Part shown: positions 22,299-34,281 of the stretch, piece by piece
Position numbering within the stretch: the first letter of the stretch is position 1
Layout: every line of letters begins with the position of its first letter
From: Marsupella aquatica
Lineage: Eukaryota; Plantae; Marchantiophyta
Assembly: GCA_973895155.1 (NCBI GenBank)
Contig: OZ316894.1
Coordinates: forward strand, 17,700,563-17,764,562
DNA: 64,000 nucleotides
Direction of reading: 5' to 3'
Position numbers and translations under genes: made by a program
Notes under the pieces: model-generated
Seen by the model: only the letters and a program-made list of their open reading frames with translations
What the model was told of the DNA's origin: nothing
The model's database searches: none

Positions 22299-25277
22299 TC
22301 ACTCATACCAATCCAGAAACAACAGACCAAAGCTAAGTACAATGATGACAAGTAAAATGTATAAGCGAGTGCTACTGCTCCGTTTAATAGCCTTTGCCAG
22401 CTCCAAATTGCCTTTGTCAACATTTTGAGTAGCATCTAACGCCTGCAACATCAAACATCCGTGAGAAAGATGCACAAAACTGAGGAATGGCAAGCAAAAA
22501 TGGCTTCTACATGCGCATACTGACCCCACAAGACAGCAGTCTCTTGTATACCTGCTGATAAAGTTTTTCAATCTGCTGTGCCTGCTTCAGCACGTGCGTT
22601 GAGAACAAATGGTTGAGAGCAGACACCTCTAGCATCTTCCTCTCAGTCTCTTGCACTGTGTCCATTAAATTGGTCAGCTCAGCCTGCAGCATATCCAATT
22701 GTGGTCACAACCTTCCATACAATCTCTTCTGATCGAACCTTCCGCTCCATCATTTCATCACGTTGGTCCACTTCACGCAGACAAATGTGCCGGCATCCCA
22801 ACCACCATTGCAATAAAACAGACATCTATTCCAATGGCTGTTATCCATCGACGGTAAATTACACGTAGGCAGGAGGATATAATGACCCATGATTATTGTC
22901 CTCAAGATGTGACACACCCCACATAAAAGTAACCAGCTCATGTAACTCATCGATGAAGACACAGGATGTCTAAATCAAAAAGTATGAAGGCAACCAAGCA
23001 GAATGCAGAAAGGTGCGGCCATTTGTGGATATCAGCAATACACGGTGAGTCAGTACCTGTAGCGTACGAGTTTCGTCGTCCAGCAGTTGCTGAGATTGAA
23101 ATCTCTCGTTTCCCGTGTTTTGAAAATTTTGCCTGTCCGCGGATGAGGAACTTTCAATACCTGTCTCTGTGATTCCTGCAGAGGCAGGATTTAGGCCTTC
23201 CAGTCCCCGCCTCCTCTTGGGCATGCGTTTCTCTATTGCTTCTTGAAACCGTCCGGCACGGAGTTGATCAAACTGAGTGGTGACAGCGTGCAGATATTCA
23301 CTCAATATAAGTACCTAGAGACCAGTAAGCAACATTGACAGGGTCAAAAACCTCTCTGATAGATACCGTCAAGGAAACCTTTCTAACGGTTTTGTAACCA
23401 GGCGACTGCAAAGAAGCTTGAAAGGTGTTAAGGATTAACACCAATGCCATGTGCTAGTACCTACGATGCATGATAGTATTGCTACTTAATAATCAATAAA
23501 TGAACGATTTACAAACTCAGTCCAGAGATTGCCGACAGGTGCATTTTAGAGATATCACTGAAAGATAACTAAGAGACTTTCAAGTCATACCATTCCATGC
23601 TGATGGGCATTTAAATCCTTATTCAGAGTGCTTTTGCTCATAGCACTTAGCCACCCCGACCTTTCAGTCTTCTTCTCTTCAGCCCCTATGCTGTCTTTCA
23701 GAGCTTCAACACTTTCTCGGCAAGCCTTGACGAACAAGCCCACCTGGAGACCGTTGGCAGTAGTGGAATGTTAGACGTAAAAAATCCGAAATGATATCCT
23801 CGCACAAGCTTAAAATTACACAAGACTTGCCTACTTCAACGAACAACAAATCAACCAAGCAGTGAACTAACCAAATCCACGACTCTCTGCGAACAGGAAC
23901 TTGTAGGGTCTGGCAAAGAAACCAAGATAGAAATGCCGTACACTATTTCACAAAAATCTATTCATCTCAGAAAACAACAATACCTCATGCTCAATATTAT
24001 CTCTATCTTTCTCTGTGCTTCTATATTGGTCGGTGTAGTCCCTCCTATGTTTCAGGATGAATGCATGCATTTCTCTGATATTCCCATGCTGAAACAACAA
24101 AGAATCATCAGCAAGGTAAGTGCATTCCAAGCTTCCTTAAGCCGGAAAAGTGGAGATCGAGGAAATCGGAACTTGATCAACCAGTGCCTTCACAAAATGA
24201 AACTTACAATCTCAATGGCTGTTCGAGTAAAAGTCGATCGCGGGAGAGAGTTGTGCATAATGAGCGACGAAGATACCTTCGCCAGTTTCTCCTGTACAAA
24301 CACTCACGTTGGCCTTATCGTAACCCAGAACTAGTTCCCAAAGCGACCATTTATTTCTTCTCTGTACCAGCTAAAGAGCCATCTGACCTCAATAGGAGAA
24401 CCTGATAGACTTAAACTGAAAGTCCTTTCCATTTCCTACTCTGATTAGTAAACTCCAACGGTTTAAGGAGATCATGTCGACTCCGGCTCTCGAGCCGGTT
24501 TGAATCCCCAGAACTCCAACTTCCATTCGTCTCTGGCCTCAAGGATTCCACAGACGTTACATGCCTCTTGGACTTCACGAATCTATGTTTGACCGACATA
24601 TAACGGACAGTCGATTAGTCCTGAAGTGCCAAGACTAATAGAGTACCTCAATCCTTGACGTGGCATAAACATTCTGAAAATCAAACCTAAATTTGATCAT
24701 ACATTTGCGCATCAAGTCAGTGTTTCTTTTAAATGAGCCCTAAATTCCAGTCATTCTTACTTCATATTCCAACTCTAAAATGTTAAGTTAAGGTCCGCAA
24801 TAATCCCTTGCTGCATTCTGTTACCATATATGTTACCATATAGCTCCATTCCAAGCACACAGTAAAGTTTCTCCCGGCAATGACCGTCTCCGCTCTATTC
24901 CCAAAATAGTTAGTCCATAAGTTGCATTATGTACTCATTGTTTCCCTCTATATCCGTGCAGTGAAATGTATATGTGAATTCGTTGATGCACCTGAGGAAA
25001 TAAATTCACCTAGAGCCATATGTTTGGATACTTATGCTGGATTTCTTACATCGCACACGATTTAAGAGTTACTTGCATTATCGAATCCATCACCGACAGA
25101 ACGGATTGTCCCTGAAGAAGTGAATTTCACTTAAAGCCAAATATGTTCGGATAACTACGGTGAATTTCTTATATGGCACACGATTATAGATTTGCTTACA
25201 TCATCGAATCCTTCATCAACAGCTGCAGAACGAACCGCTTCACGGAATCTGTCCGTCACATCCCTCAAACTCCCCAT
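22299..25277 (-). CDS. SYP81: Syntaxin-81 (Qa-SNARE, Ufe1/STX18 family), 7 exons, ~317 aa
   Basis: Exons 25277-25200, 24291-24208, 24088-23984, 23743-23591, 23314-23057, 22683-22552 and 22442-22299, all GT-AG and phase 0. N-terminus MGSLRDVTDRFREAVR; FILKHRRDY...DRDNIEHE; SNARE helix VQETERKMLEVSALNHLFSTHVL; C-terminal TM segment ending LLFLDWYE. Confidence 0.93.
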
Positions 25278-26069
25278 CTTCAGAATCTCCCCTACTATTA
25301 CATGAATTCACTCTCAGAAAACGTCTTTCGGACCTGTAAATGCGAACATTCCACACTTTAACGTTAGGGCACTTTAGAATTGAAAGAACCTGACCACGGC
25401 GGAGACTTAGGGGGCAGATGGAACATTTGCACATTTGCACTTTTTGCAAAACTTGGATGGCAATCTGAGTCCAACTCAACCGCTATGCAGTTGTTGCTCG
25501 TAGTGGATTGCTCAGCTCAATGCTTCGTCTCTGGAGTTGCTGTTACGGTCGATATATTTTGAGTAGCAGGCCTAGATTCTACTAAGATAACTTGAATATA
25601 ACCCAAAATTTCCACCGATCGAACACAGTCTACAAGGAGACAAACAGTAACATCTCAGGCAAAGGACTAGCCTTCGAATTCTTTGGGCTCGATAAGTGAT
25701 CGATCAACCTGGCTGTCAAAATCCCCACGACAGGAAACACTCCTCACAGCAATCACCGCTCCCATCAGCCCGCTTGCGCATCTGTTCAGTTCAATTTGTC
25801 TTTCTACACTCGTGCTTGCATTGCAGCAACGCAGCTCCCACAGTCCTGCGTTGATTTCTCTTCTTCCTTCAACGAGATGCTGTGCGATTCTCGCCTTGCT
25901 CTTCTGTCGACCAAACCCTTTGTAAACGACCAGTACCCCCTATATAAGGGGAAGAGTGCCACCTGGCCCCTTCCTTGGCATGCAAGTGCTCTGGCTACCG
26001 TAGTGTATTTTACCCTTTTTTGACCATCCTGTCCCCAAACTGAGAAACTAAAGCTGGGATGTACCTCCA

Positions 26070-26214
26070 CTTTGTCTATGAAGCCCAGATGTACTTGCTG
26101 AGAACCGTTTAAACTGACTTAGATAAAATTGGTTTACATTCTCTTTGTCTATGAAGCCCAGATGTACTTGCTGAGAACGTTTAAACTGACTTAGATAAAA
26201 TTGGTTTACATTCT
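26070..26214. repeat. Near-perfect tandem duplication, 2 x ~73 bp
   Basis: ctttgtctatgaagcccagatgtacttgctgagaa(c)cgtttaaactgacttagataaaattggtttacattct occurs twice, with one 1-nt indel. Confidence 0.9.
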
Positions 26215-29020
26215 TGACTGAAATGTGATCTGTAACAGGTGTCCTCATAGTTTGCAGCCAGTTTCAATTACATTACCCTACCGATTTCCTTGGTAATTTG
26301 ACAATTTGACAACCTTCAACCTGAAAGTCGTCAAGACATCATGCTATTGCTCTGGATCACCATGACATCTTGACTACTTTCTCCCCAAGGCAGTCAAAGT
26401 TGTCAGCTGAGATCTGCCACTGGTTCCTTTTTCTTTTCGGTGTAAGAGCAACGATTGCTTTACGCACTCCATGGGGATGGGCAGGCACAATGTCTCGGTC
26501 CATCTGGGCTTATGTTTCCCCAAACTGATCCAATTTGCTAACCCACACCCAAAACCAGACAATTTTTTTGTTATTTTTAAATATTAGCCAAGGTGGTTAC
26601 TCTTGAACCTTACATACAAGCATAGGTCTAGTTATGGAGTATTTTCTTGCAATTATATACTACTTTCTGACTTTTGTAGACTATTTCCTGGCTAGCACTC
26701 CCCCTATAGTGCATTAGGTGTTGGCGAATGAAACATAATTTTTTAAATTTTGGCCTGAGGATCATTCGCCTGCCTGTTTTTTAGCTAAGTGATTGGCTAA
26801 TTTTTGCCCACAAAACATGGCTGCCCAAAACTGTTTTAACCAGGCCTTCTTTGTTATTTTAGTTTATTGTAGTAAGAGAAATAGCATGTCAGTGGGGTAA
26901 TTGTAGCACACATGCAAACAGTAAAACTGTCCTGTTACAAGGAAATCAGTTTCCTGGCACGGGAAAAATCCCACTTAGCTAGCAACCTTAGTCAGCCAAA
27001 ACCGGGTTAGGAAATCCAAATATTGGGACTCCTCTTTTGGCTAGCTAACTTGCTAGTCATGTGGTGTCAAAATGCACTTGAAATACAAAAGTTGGCAAAA
27101 ATCAAAAAGACCTTAAGAACCATTTGTAACTTGCTAACAATACTCTCCTTGCTAGCAAAAATTCCTGTCTCCTCATATCAAACAATACCTCCCCAAAAAC
27201 CTAGAAACAAAAAAAAAAAAAAACGAGGACAACTTGGTGATCCGCTTGGTGAATCTCAGACCAGGAGGAGCAGTCAGACTAAATAGTAAGAGAAACAACA
27301 TGTGACATAAACTTGGACGAGATAGGGGTTGCCTCTGTGTGACCACTTTTGAAGGTCTATGCTATTTCCATAATCTGCTCCCCAGAATCTCATGGTTGTT
27401 CACTTTTCCTAGTTCTCATGAGCTACTATAACAATGATGAAGGTCTAAGCTGGAGTTCTAGTTTGAACCCTGCTCCAAAATGTTGAGAACTTTCCTTCAC
27501 TTTATGGGCACAGGGTTAGCCTAATAACCCTATGCCCAGACCATCATTATCCTACACAATCACACTGGTAACATTGTAATATTGAATCAGGAGGCCTTGT
27601 GCTGCAGGGATGCAGCGCAGTGGGGATGCCGCTCCACTGACTACTCAAGTTAGTGGTAGTACATAGAGCCTTCCAGGAACCACAGATTTCAACTTGCAAC
27701 CCTCATATCATTCTAGTAACAAGAAACCTGTGCAGAAACAGCCCGTTTCTTTTCAAGTGCCCTAACAATTTTTGTTAAAGTAGAGCCAATTCCAAACAAA
27801 AGTAACTAAAGGGGGAGGAAACCAAACACCAAACTCAAAAAATGCTAATCCCATTGGTCCCATACTCAATCCCTTCTTCACATGCAAGGGAAATGGAGGG
27901 TGTGTGTGTGTATAGTGGTGCAAGCCCATGGTGTCTGCATTGGGGCTAGCTCTGGTTCAACCCTCTCTCCCTCGTGGTCTGGATACCTAGGTATGACCCC
28001 TTGTGGCAACCCTACATAGAGGCATGCTCCACAGTAGATCAGTATGTAGACAGTGATTGTCTGTCCTCCCTTGGATGGATATGCTTTTGGTTTCAAGGCC
28101 ACAAAAAAACAAAAACTGACCCCCAAAAAACTGAGGAATAAAGAAAGAAAAACAAACAATGAAGGCAACTTAGTAGAAGAGGAGTCCCACTACTTAGTCC
28201 CACTAACTACAGTACACTGTCCACCGCAATTAGTCCCACTAAGTGCACAACCCTTCAAATTTTAGGTCTCACAGAAAATACTGTGAATCACATTATTTCA
28301 GATGTCATACTAGTTAGAGTTCACAAGAAGTCACACTTTTGGTCTCATGAATTGAGGTGTTAGCCTTGAATAAAGCACACTAATTAAGAATAGAGGCATA
28401 AAACTGAGACTCAAAGCGGAACAACTCAAACCTGCTCTCAATACAAGTAAATAGTGGGATTACTGTGATTGGGGTTAAACAAATTGTTCACGCAATTTAG
28501 TGCGAGTCACTCTAATTTTGATATCACACTAATAGGGCGTCTCAAAGCCTGACGTTAACAAGATAAGGTCCTCCCATACCTCCAGTGTTATAGAAACTCC
28601 CATAAAAGTTGTGGGAGCCGATCTTCAGCTATTGTAAGGAACCCGCGGGCTCAACACTTAACCCATAATTTTCCCACAACTTTAGGCACAAATCTGGAAA
28701 TCCTAGACTCCGGAACTCCAGAAAGCCGTAACTGAAGGCACATGGGCTTTGCACCTGATGTGGTGATGAGTGTTGCATTTGAGTTGGCAACTGATCAAGA
28801 ATGGAGGAAAAAATAATATAGGCAATGAGAGAGATGAGGTAGTAACTCATGCCTTATGGGGGCAGGTCAATGCTACCTCCCTTGAAATAAGTGGGTCCCA
28901 TAACCTGAGTTATGGAACATATCACAATTCTTTAATTCTCATTGTTGACCCAGCTTTGACACTAATTATATACGCAACCTACAGTACTTAATGTGGACAA
29001 TGTAGAGACAACAACCTGCA

Positions 29021-29286
29021 CAGAAGTACGTTTTTTAAGGTTTTTACTTTTTCGCCAGAGTGTTGAATGTCTAGTGTGTGAAGGAAAAGATGCTCAAAAT
29101 ATTCCTTAATTGATTATTTTCTTGACGTGAGATCTCCCTCATTTTGAAGGATGACCTTTAGATTCTGGCCTGCTCTTAGGTGGAACACTGGTGGCTAATG
29201 AGACAGAAAAATACTAGCTAATTTTCGCCAAAGTGGCGAATGCTTTTTGGGGAGGTGTAATTTGGCGAATTTTCGACACTAAAAAA
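29021..29286 (+). repeat. Dispersed ~270-bp repeat family, copy
   Basis: Matches the reverse complement of 6825-7099 and blocks of 5188-5420. Confidence 0.75.
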
Positions 29287-29518
29287 CACGCTGCACACCG
29301 GTAACATCGTAAAATTGAATCACTACACTACAGTAGGCCTTGCGATGTGGCAGCGTAGTGGCTGAAATGCGCTGTTCGAGCCTTCGAGGCTCTGGTCGCC
29401 CGATCTCGTAGAGAATTGTAGTACGCAATGGAAGACTGCCCTGGAAAATCCAGCGATGGCCGATGCGAGGATAGGAAAGGAAGCGCGCCTGAGTCACGAC
29501 AAGCTTGCTGAGCTGTGG

Positions 29519-29617
29519 CAACACCACCACAAAGGAAAGCTCAGCAAGGAAGGCTGGAAAGCTTAATCCAACACCACCAAAGGAAAGCTCAGCAAGGAAG
29601 GCTGGAAAGCTTAATCC
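29519..29617. repeat. Tandem duplication, 2 x ~48 bp
   Basis: caccac(c)aaaggaaagctcagcaaggaaggctggaaagcttaatcc occurs twice. Confidence 0.9.
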
Positions 29618-30444
29618 GCACTGTTCAAAGTGCTGTGAATTGGAAGCGCGAGGACGGAGAGGAGGGGATTTATCAAGGAAGGACCACTTCAATGTCGTTG
29701 AACGGTCTCTAGGATTGCTGCTCCCGGGCCAGAAACGCATTGGACGCATCAATTTCAGGACCTGCAGGGGCAACAGCGGTGCGGACGAGGAGGTGAAGTG
29801 TTTGCTTTGTGGGTCCGGGGATGTGGATTTTTCTCTAGTTTCGGATGGAGGTCAAGTTGCGGCTGGGAGATTGGAAGAGAATTCTGTTTCCTTGCTGCCG
29901 TTAAGGCTTGTGAGGTTTGGTCGACGAGTATATAGTCTCTGGTCTGCATCAAATGATCGCTGGCTTCTCGATAATCCCTTGGAATTTATGTAAGTTGATT
30001 ATGTACACACTCACACGCAAGCGTATTGGGGGATTGTTTTATTGATCCTCGATCTGTCGTACAGGATTTGCTTACTGGACGACAGAGTAATGACATTTAA
30101 CCCGTTTTCATTTGCTACCATACTCGTAGATGAACTATTAGGTTATCATTGGTGTGGCAGAGATGCAATTGCTGACATTGTTTGGCGTTCATTTGTCAGG
30201 GAAGTCGCCGTTTGTGCTCGAAAATTATCACAAATTGTCTGTGTAGGGATAGTCAGGCGTAATTGAAATCTGCGCAGCCAGTCCAGGTAGTGGAAACGCG
30301 CAGAAATTCAAATTACCTGGTTGTCACTTTTTCATGTCATCTCTGAGGGTTGCCCCGACACGACCTTATTCATGTCGTTTGGATAAGTGGAGTGGGGGAA
30401 GCTCCTCTTAAATGCATACGCATTCGATGTAGAAGGGAGGTAGG

Positions 30445-31551
30445 ATGTCTCTGCGCATTAAGGCGGTCGTAGACAATTTTGTACGTGATCTGAAGGCAGC
30501 CCTAGAGGTGGACATGCAAGACCGTGTCATGAAGGAAAGGGAGATGAGGAGCTATTTGGAGGAGAGGGAACGTGAAGTTGCTGAAAGAGAGGCTGCATGG
30601 AAAGCTGAATTGAGTAGGAGGGAGGTAAGTCAGCCGTTCCTTTCTATAAAATGGCTGGGAGAAGCATTTAAATCGATGTAGTCTTAGACCAGATGTTCCT
30701 GCGGGAGGACTCGTCTTGTTGAGTAAAGAGTCTTTCCGTGCCGATATATTGTAAAGGACTTGCTGCGTGTTTAGGATCGCTGTAGCCCATAAAGAGGCAG
30801 CTCGTCTTGTATTGGCTGCCATGAAAAGTGTCTTGTTGATACTTTGAATTCTTTAGAGACTTTATTTGAATTTGTACGTCTTGTTCGAGCTCATGGATTT
30901 TCTCTAGGGTTTCCGGTAATTTGCGCAGTCAGGTGTTGTCCGGGTTACCAATACAGGGATGAATAATAAGTCAGCCAAAAGAAAGGATACTTCATCTGTC
31001 ATCGTTGCCATTGCACCTAAAGATAGATAGTTTCAGATTTAAGGTTTACATTTCCCGACTGTTCAAATTTCTGGGTATAAGGGCCTTTCCCGAAAATTTC
31101 TAGGGTCTATGAGTTAGTATGAAAGAAAGATGGCACGGTGCTGTTTAGATAAATATCGTTTGCCTGGACAGTCACAATCAGAGAGCTAAGGAAGGGACAC
31201 TATTTGTTGTCTTTGGCCACATTAATTGGACCATGGTAGTCTCTCAGCTTGTTTGTTTTGGCTTCTAGTCTCTTGAATGGAAATGGAAATCATTTCATGT
31301 TATTCTCTCCCCTTGAATTTGGTAACTCGAGTTTGCGCTGTTGGATTGATTGATCCTGTCGTTTTATGGTAAATCAGGCTGCGATATTTGCAAAAGAAGC
31401 ACAACTGACTTTGGAGAAGGAGAATCTAGAAAAGGAAAAAAGTGTTTTGATGGGAACTGCGTCATATCAAGATCAACAAGATGGGGCGCTAGAGATCACA
31501 GTCAGTGGTGAAAAGTATAGATGTTTGCGATTCTCGAAAAGGACTAAGTAG
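30445..31551 (+). CDS. Small coiled-coil protein of unknown function, 2 exons, 117 aa
   Basis: Exons 30445-30624 (GAG|gtaagt) and 31378-31551 (atcag|GCT), phase 0. The protein is E/R/K-rich and helical and ends LEITVSGEKYRCLRFSKRTK, which I recall as a conserved land-plant family. A 5' UTR intron is likely at ~29990-30432. Confidence 0.85.
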
Positions 31552-34281
31552 TGGTATCTACTCGGGAAGAATTTCTCAGTTGTTGTCTGAGCAGCAAGCT
31601 ACTTTTCTACGCGAGGTAGATCTTGTTGCTGTTGTAGCTAGGAACCACGGTGAACAGAACGTCTTGTAGTTTACTCAATGTAGAAAGAAGTTCTAAAATT
31701 CAATTCCTAGCCCTGAATTGCCTCCTTCTTTGTCCCTCTGGGAGGGACTTCAAGCTGAAGAAAGTTGTGCCTGTTTGCAGTAGCGTATTTCTTCCCTGTG
31801 GTTTTATTTGTATTAAAGGTTTGCATTTCGATAGTAGCACTTCATTTTTTGATATATTTCTTGTCGTTTTGATAGAGCAGAACTCTGAATTGTCGGTTGT
31901 TGTGCGAATCCATCTCTTCGCTTCTCCTTCTGATCGTAAGGTATGTGTCAAGGATGCTGCTTGAAGACTAAATGATATAGTCATTCTCTGTAATCTTTTG
32001 GTAGCAGCTTTGCTGCTTTACTTCTGCTCACATCAGAGCACCGACAGCACTTGAACCTTCCACGGTAAGTCTGATCGGAGCTGCAGCTATACACAAGCTG
32101 ATCAGCCTTCCACATACCACTTTCCTTGCTATATGTGGATTTTTGGAAAGAATTTGTACTTACGTTATTATTTTACCCAACAGGGGTGTGTATCTCAGCA
32201 TATCTCTACATTAAGCAGGCGCTCCTCTCCGTAGGTGTGCATTCAAGCGTCTCGTCTTGGCTCACGAGGTGTACTGATGATGACACTCGATGTGGCCCCC
32301 AGCAATTTTCTTAACCAAACCATTGGGCGAAATGTAAGCTATAACTCCTCAGCTTAAGATGGAATCGGGAACGGATATTGCAGGTCCTGGCCACCAGTGT
32401 AAGCATTTCAACGCCAAGGAGGGCATCATAGAATCAAACCAAAAACTGATCCCTTCGAAAAAATAGTCGGACTTCTCCAATTGCGAAAGATGGTACAATA
32501 AACAAACTAGATCATATACTCCCTGCAAATCCACTTCAAACCATGTGGATTCATTTCGGTGAGATGGTGTGATTTAAACTAAGAATACTGAGGTAGCCAA
32601 TGCCAACATCGTATCTACAAGTGATTGCCTCTTTGCAAATCCAAGGACAGAAGCACAGGGTCCCAAGACAAGCTATGCACGAGCATTGATGTCTGGAATG
32701 GGTGACTGTCCCTATTTGGAACTGTAGATGACATTTATATCACATTCATAGATGTGAAGAGGTGTATGGCCCAGTGGATCCACCAAATGAGAGAGTGGAA
32801 CCCCTACATTCTGGTGCATTGGAATGTACTCAGAATCTCGAGTGCGGCTGAGCACTCCCAACCCCCCAACGCCCAACTTTTCCCAAGCCTAAAAAAAGAA
32901 TCTTGGATCCCTCGGAGCATTTGATATCTGGCCCACGCCACAAAAGGGGCATGCCAGTCCGAGGCAATCTTGATAACTTGTGAATTTCAAACCGAGTGAA
33001 CTACCAGCTTCGGTTCCAAACGCAGGCAGACCTCTGGGAGGCAGAAGAGACCCTGAACTGCATTCGTTGGTGTCAAGAACAGTAAGATCAAGGATTGGTA
33101 CGAGTAGCAGTAGCCCAACATCACTCTCTGTTTGGACTTAAGTTGGCCATTTCAGTTGTTCTCTCCCTCTCCCGTCCCCATTTTGTACAACATCCTCACA
33201 TTTGTAACCTTTGGGATGACAAATTCCTAATTCGTTCATCAATGTATTCATAAAACCATGATTCGGACTTTCCAACCACTGGCATGTGAAGTGTTGAACT
33301 TGTCATCCTCTGCGCATTCAGTCGCACAGTGTTGAACGTCAAATTTCTCCAATATGGCATCAAACCTCTGCTCCTTGGACAGCCGTTTCGTCAAAAACTT
33401 ATTTAGAATCTAAGTAACGGTCTCTGAAATGTGTGTACTACTCTCAAAAGCAGGCAAGCTACAACTGAAGTTGCTTCCAAATAGAGGGCTGAAAAGCAAA
33501 CACTCGTAGTGATGAACGTTGAACTTAGTCGTGAAGTTCAAGTAACAACTCGTGTCTCTTCAGGAACCTTAACCGTGAATGAAAGGGCTCTACTGTAGTG
33601 CGCTTTCATGATTTGGGTTGATTCAGTTGTGATCTGCTCTCGGGCCCTGAAAGAAAGGACGTTTGTTTCCCCCTAGTCTTGGGAACAATCTTAAATCCAT
33701 TTTGCATTTGAAAAGGGTAGCAGAGCAGAGGCAGCTTCTGGAGAGTCAAAACGCCGATCGCTTTCTCGAAGGAGGGCACTGCAGGACGCTCCACGTTAAC
33801 TACGCTCAGAGAAGGAATCGTCGTCATTCTGCCAGCGTCATCTCGCCATTTGGCTCTAATTGGAAACCACATTGTTCAGGGACCAGTTTCCGTTTCGTTC
33901 TCCCTTCCGATATAGACTCCTAGGCTGCTCAGCTCGTATCAACACCAAACCAAGCGAACGGAGTCGTTGCATCATTTTCGAGGGAGTCGGTCACACAACC
34001 GGGACCTCTCTCTGAGGTAAGTGTAGGGAGAAATTTCGGAATGAGGTTTAAGGGGGGAGTGCTACGAGGTAGTCATCTACGAGACAGGATGTGATCGCCT
34101 TTCAATCAAAATTCATAGTCTGACGGAAGCAAAAGTACAGGTGATGTCTCGCAAACCCGTTTCTGTGGCCCTATACCAAAATTGGGCTCAGGAAGAAAAC
34201 AAAAGGAGGGATTGGGAGTCCTGTACTGCATTTCGTTCGCTGCAGTGAGGGAGGAGGGTCGTCGTTGTGAGGACACGCGAG

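Noticed and set aside
27915-28116. Possible further SINE (ggttcaaccc B-box-like motif, A-rich end)
   Set aside because: No TSD and no second copy in the window, so the evidence is insufficient.
29279-29993. 164-aa (-) and 162-aa (+) ORFs
   Set aside because: No recognisable motifs, lengthened by a 48-bp duplication, and they lie in the probable promoter/5' UTR of the coiled-coil gene.
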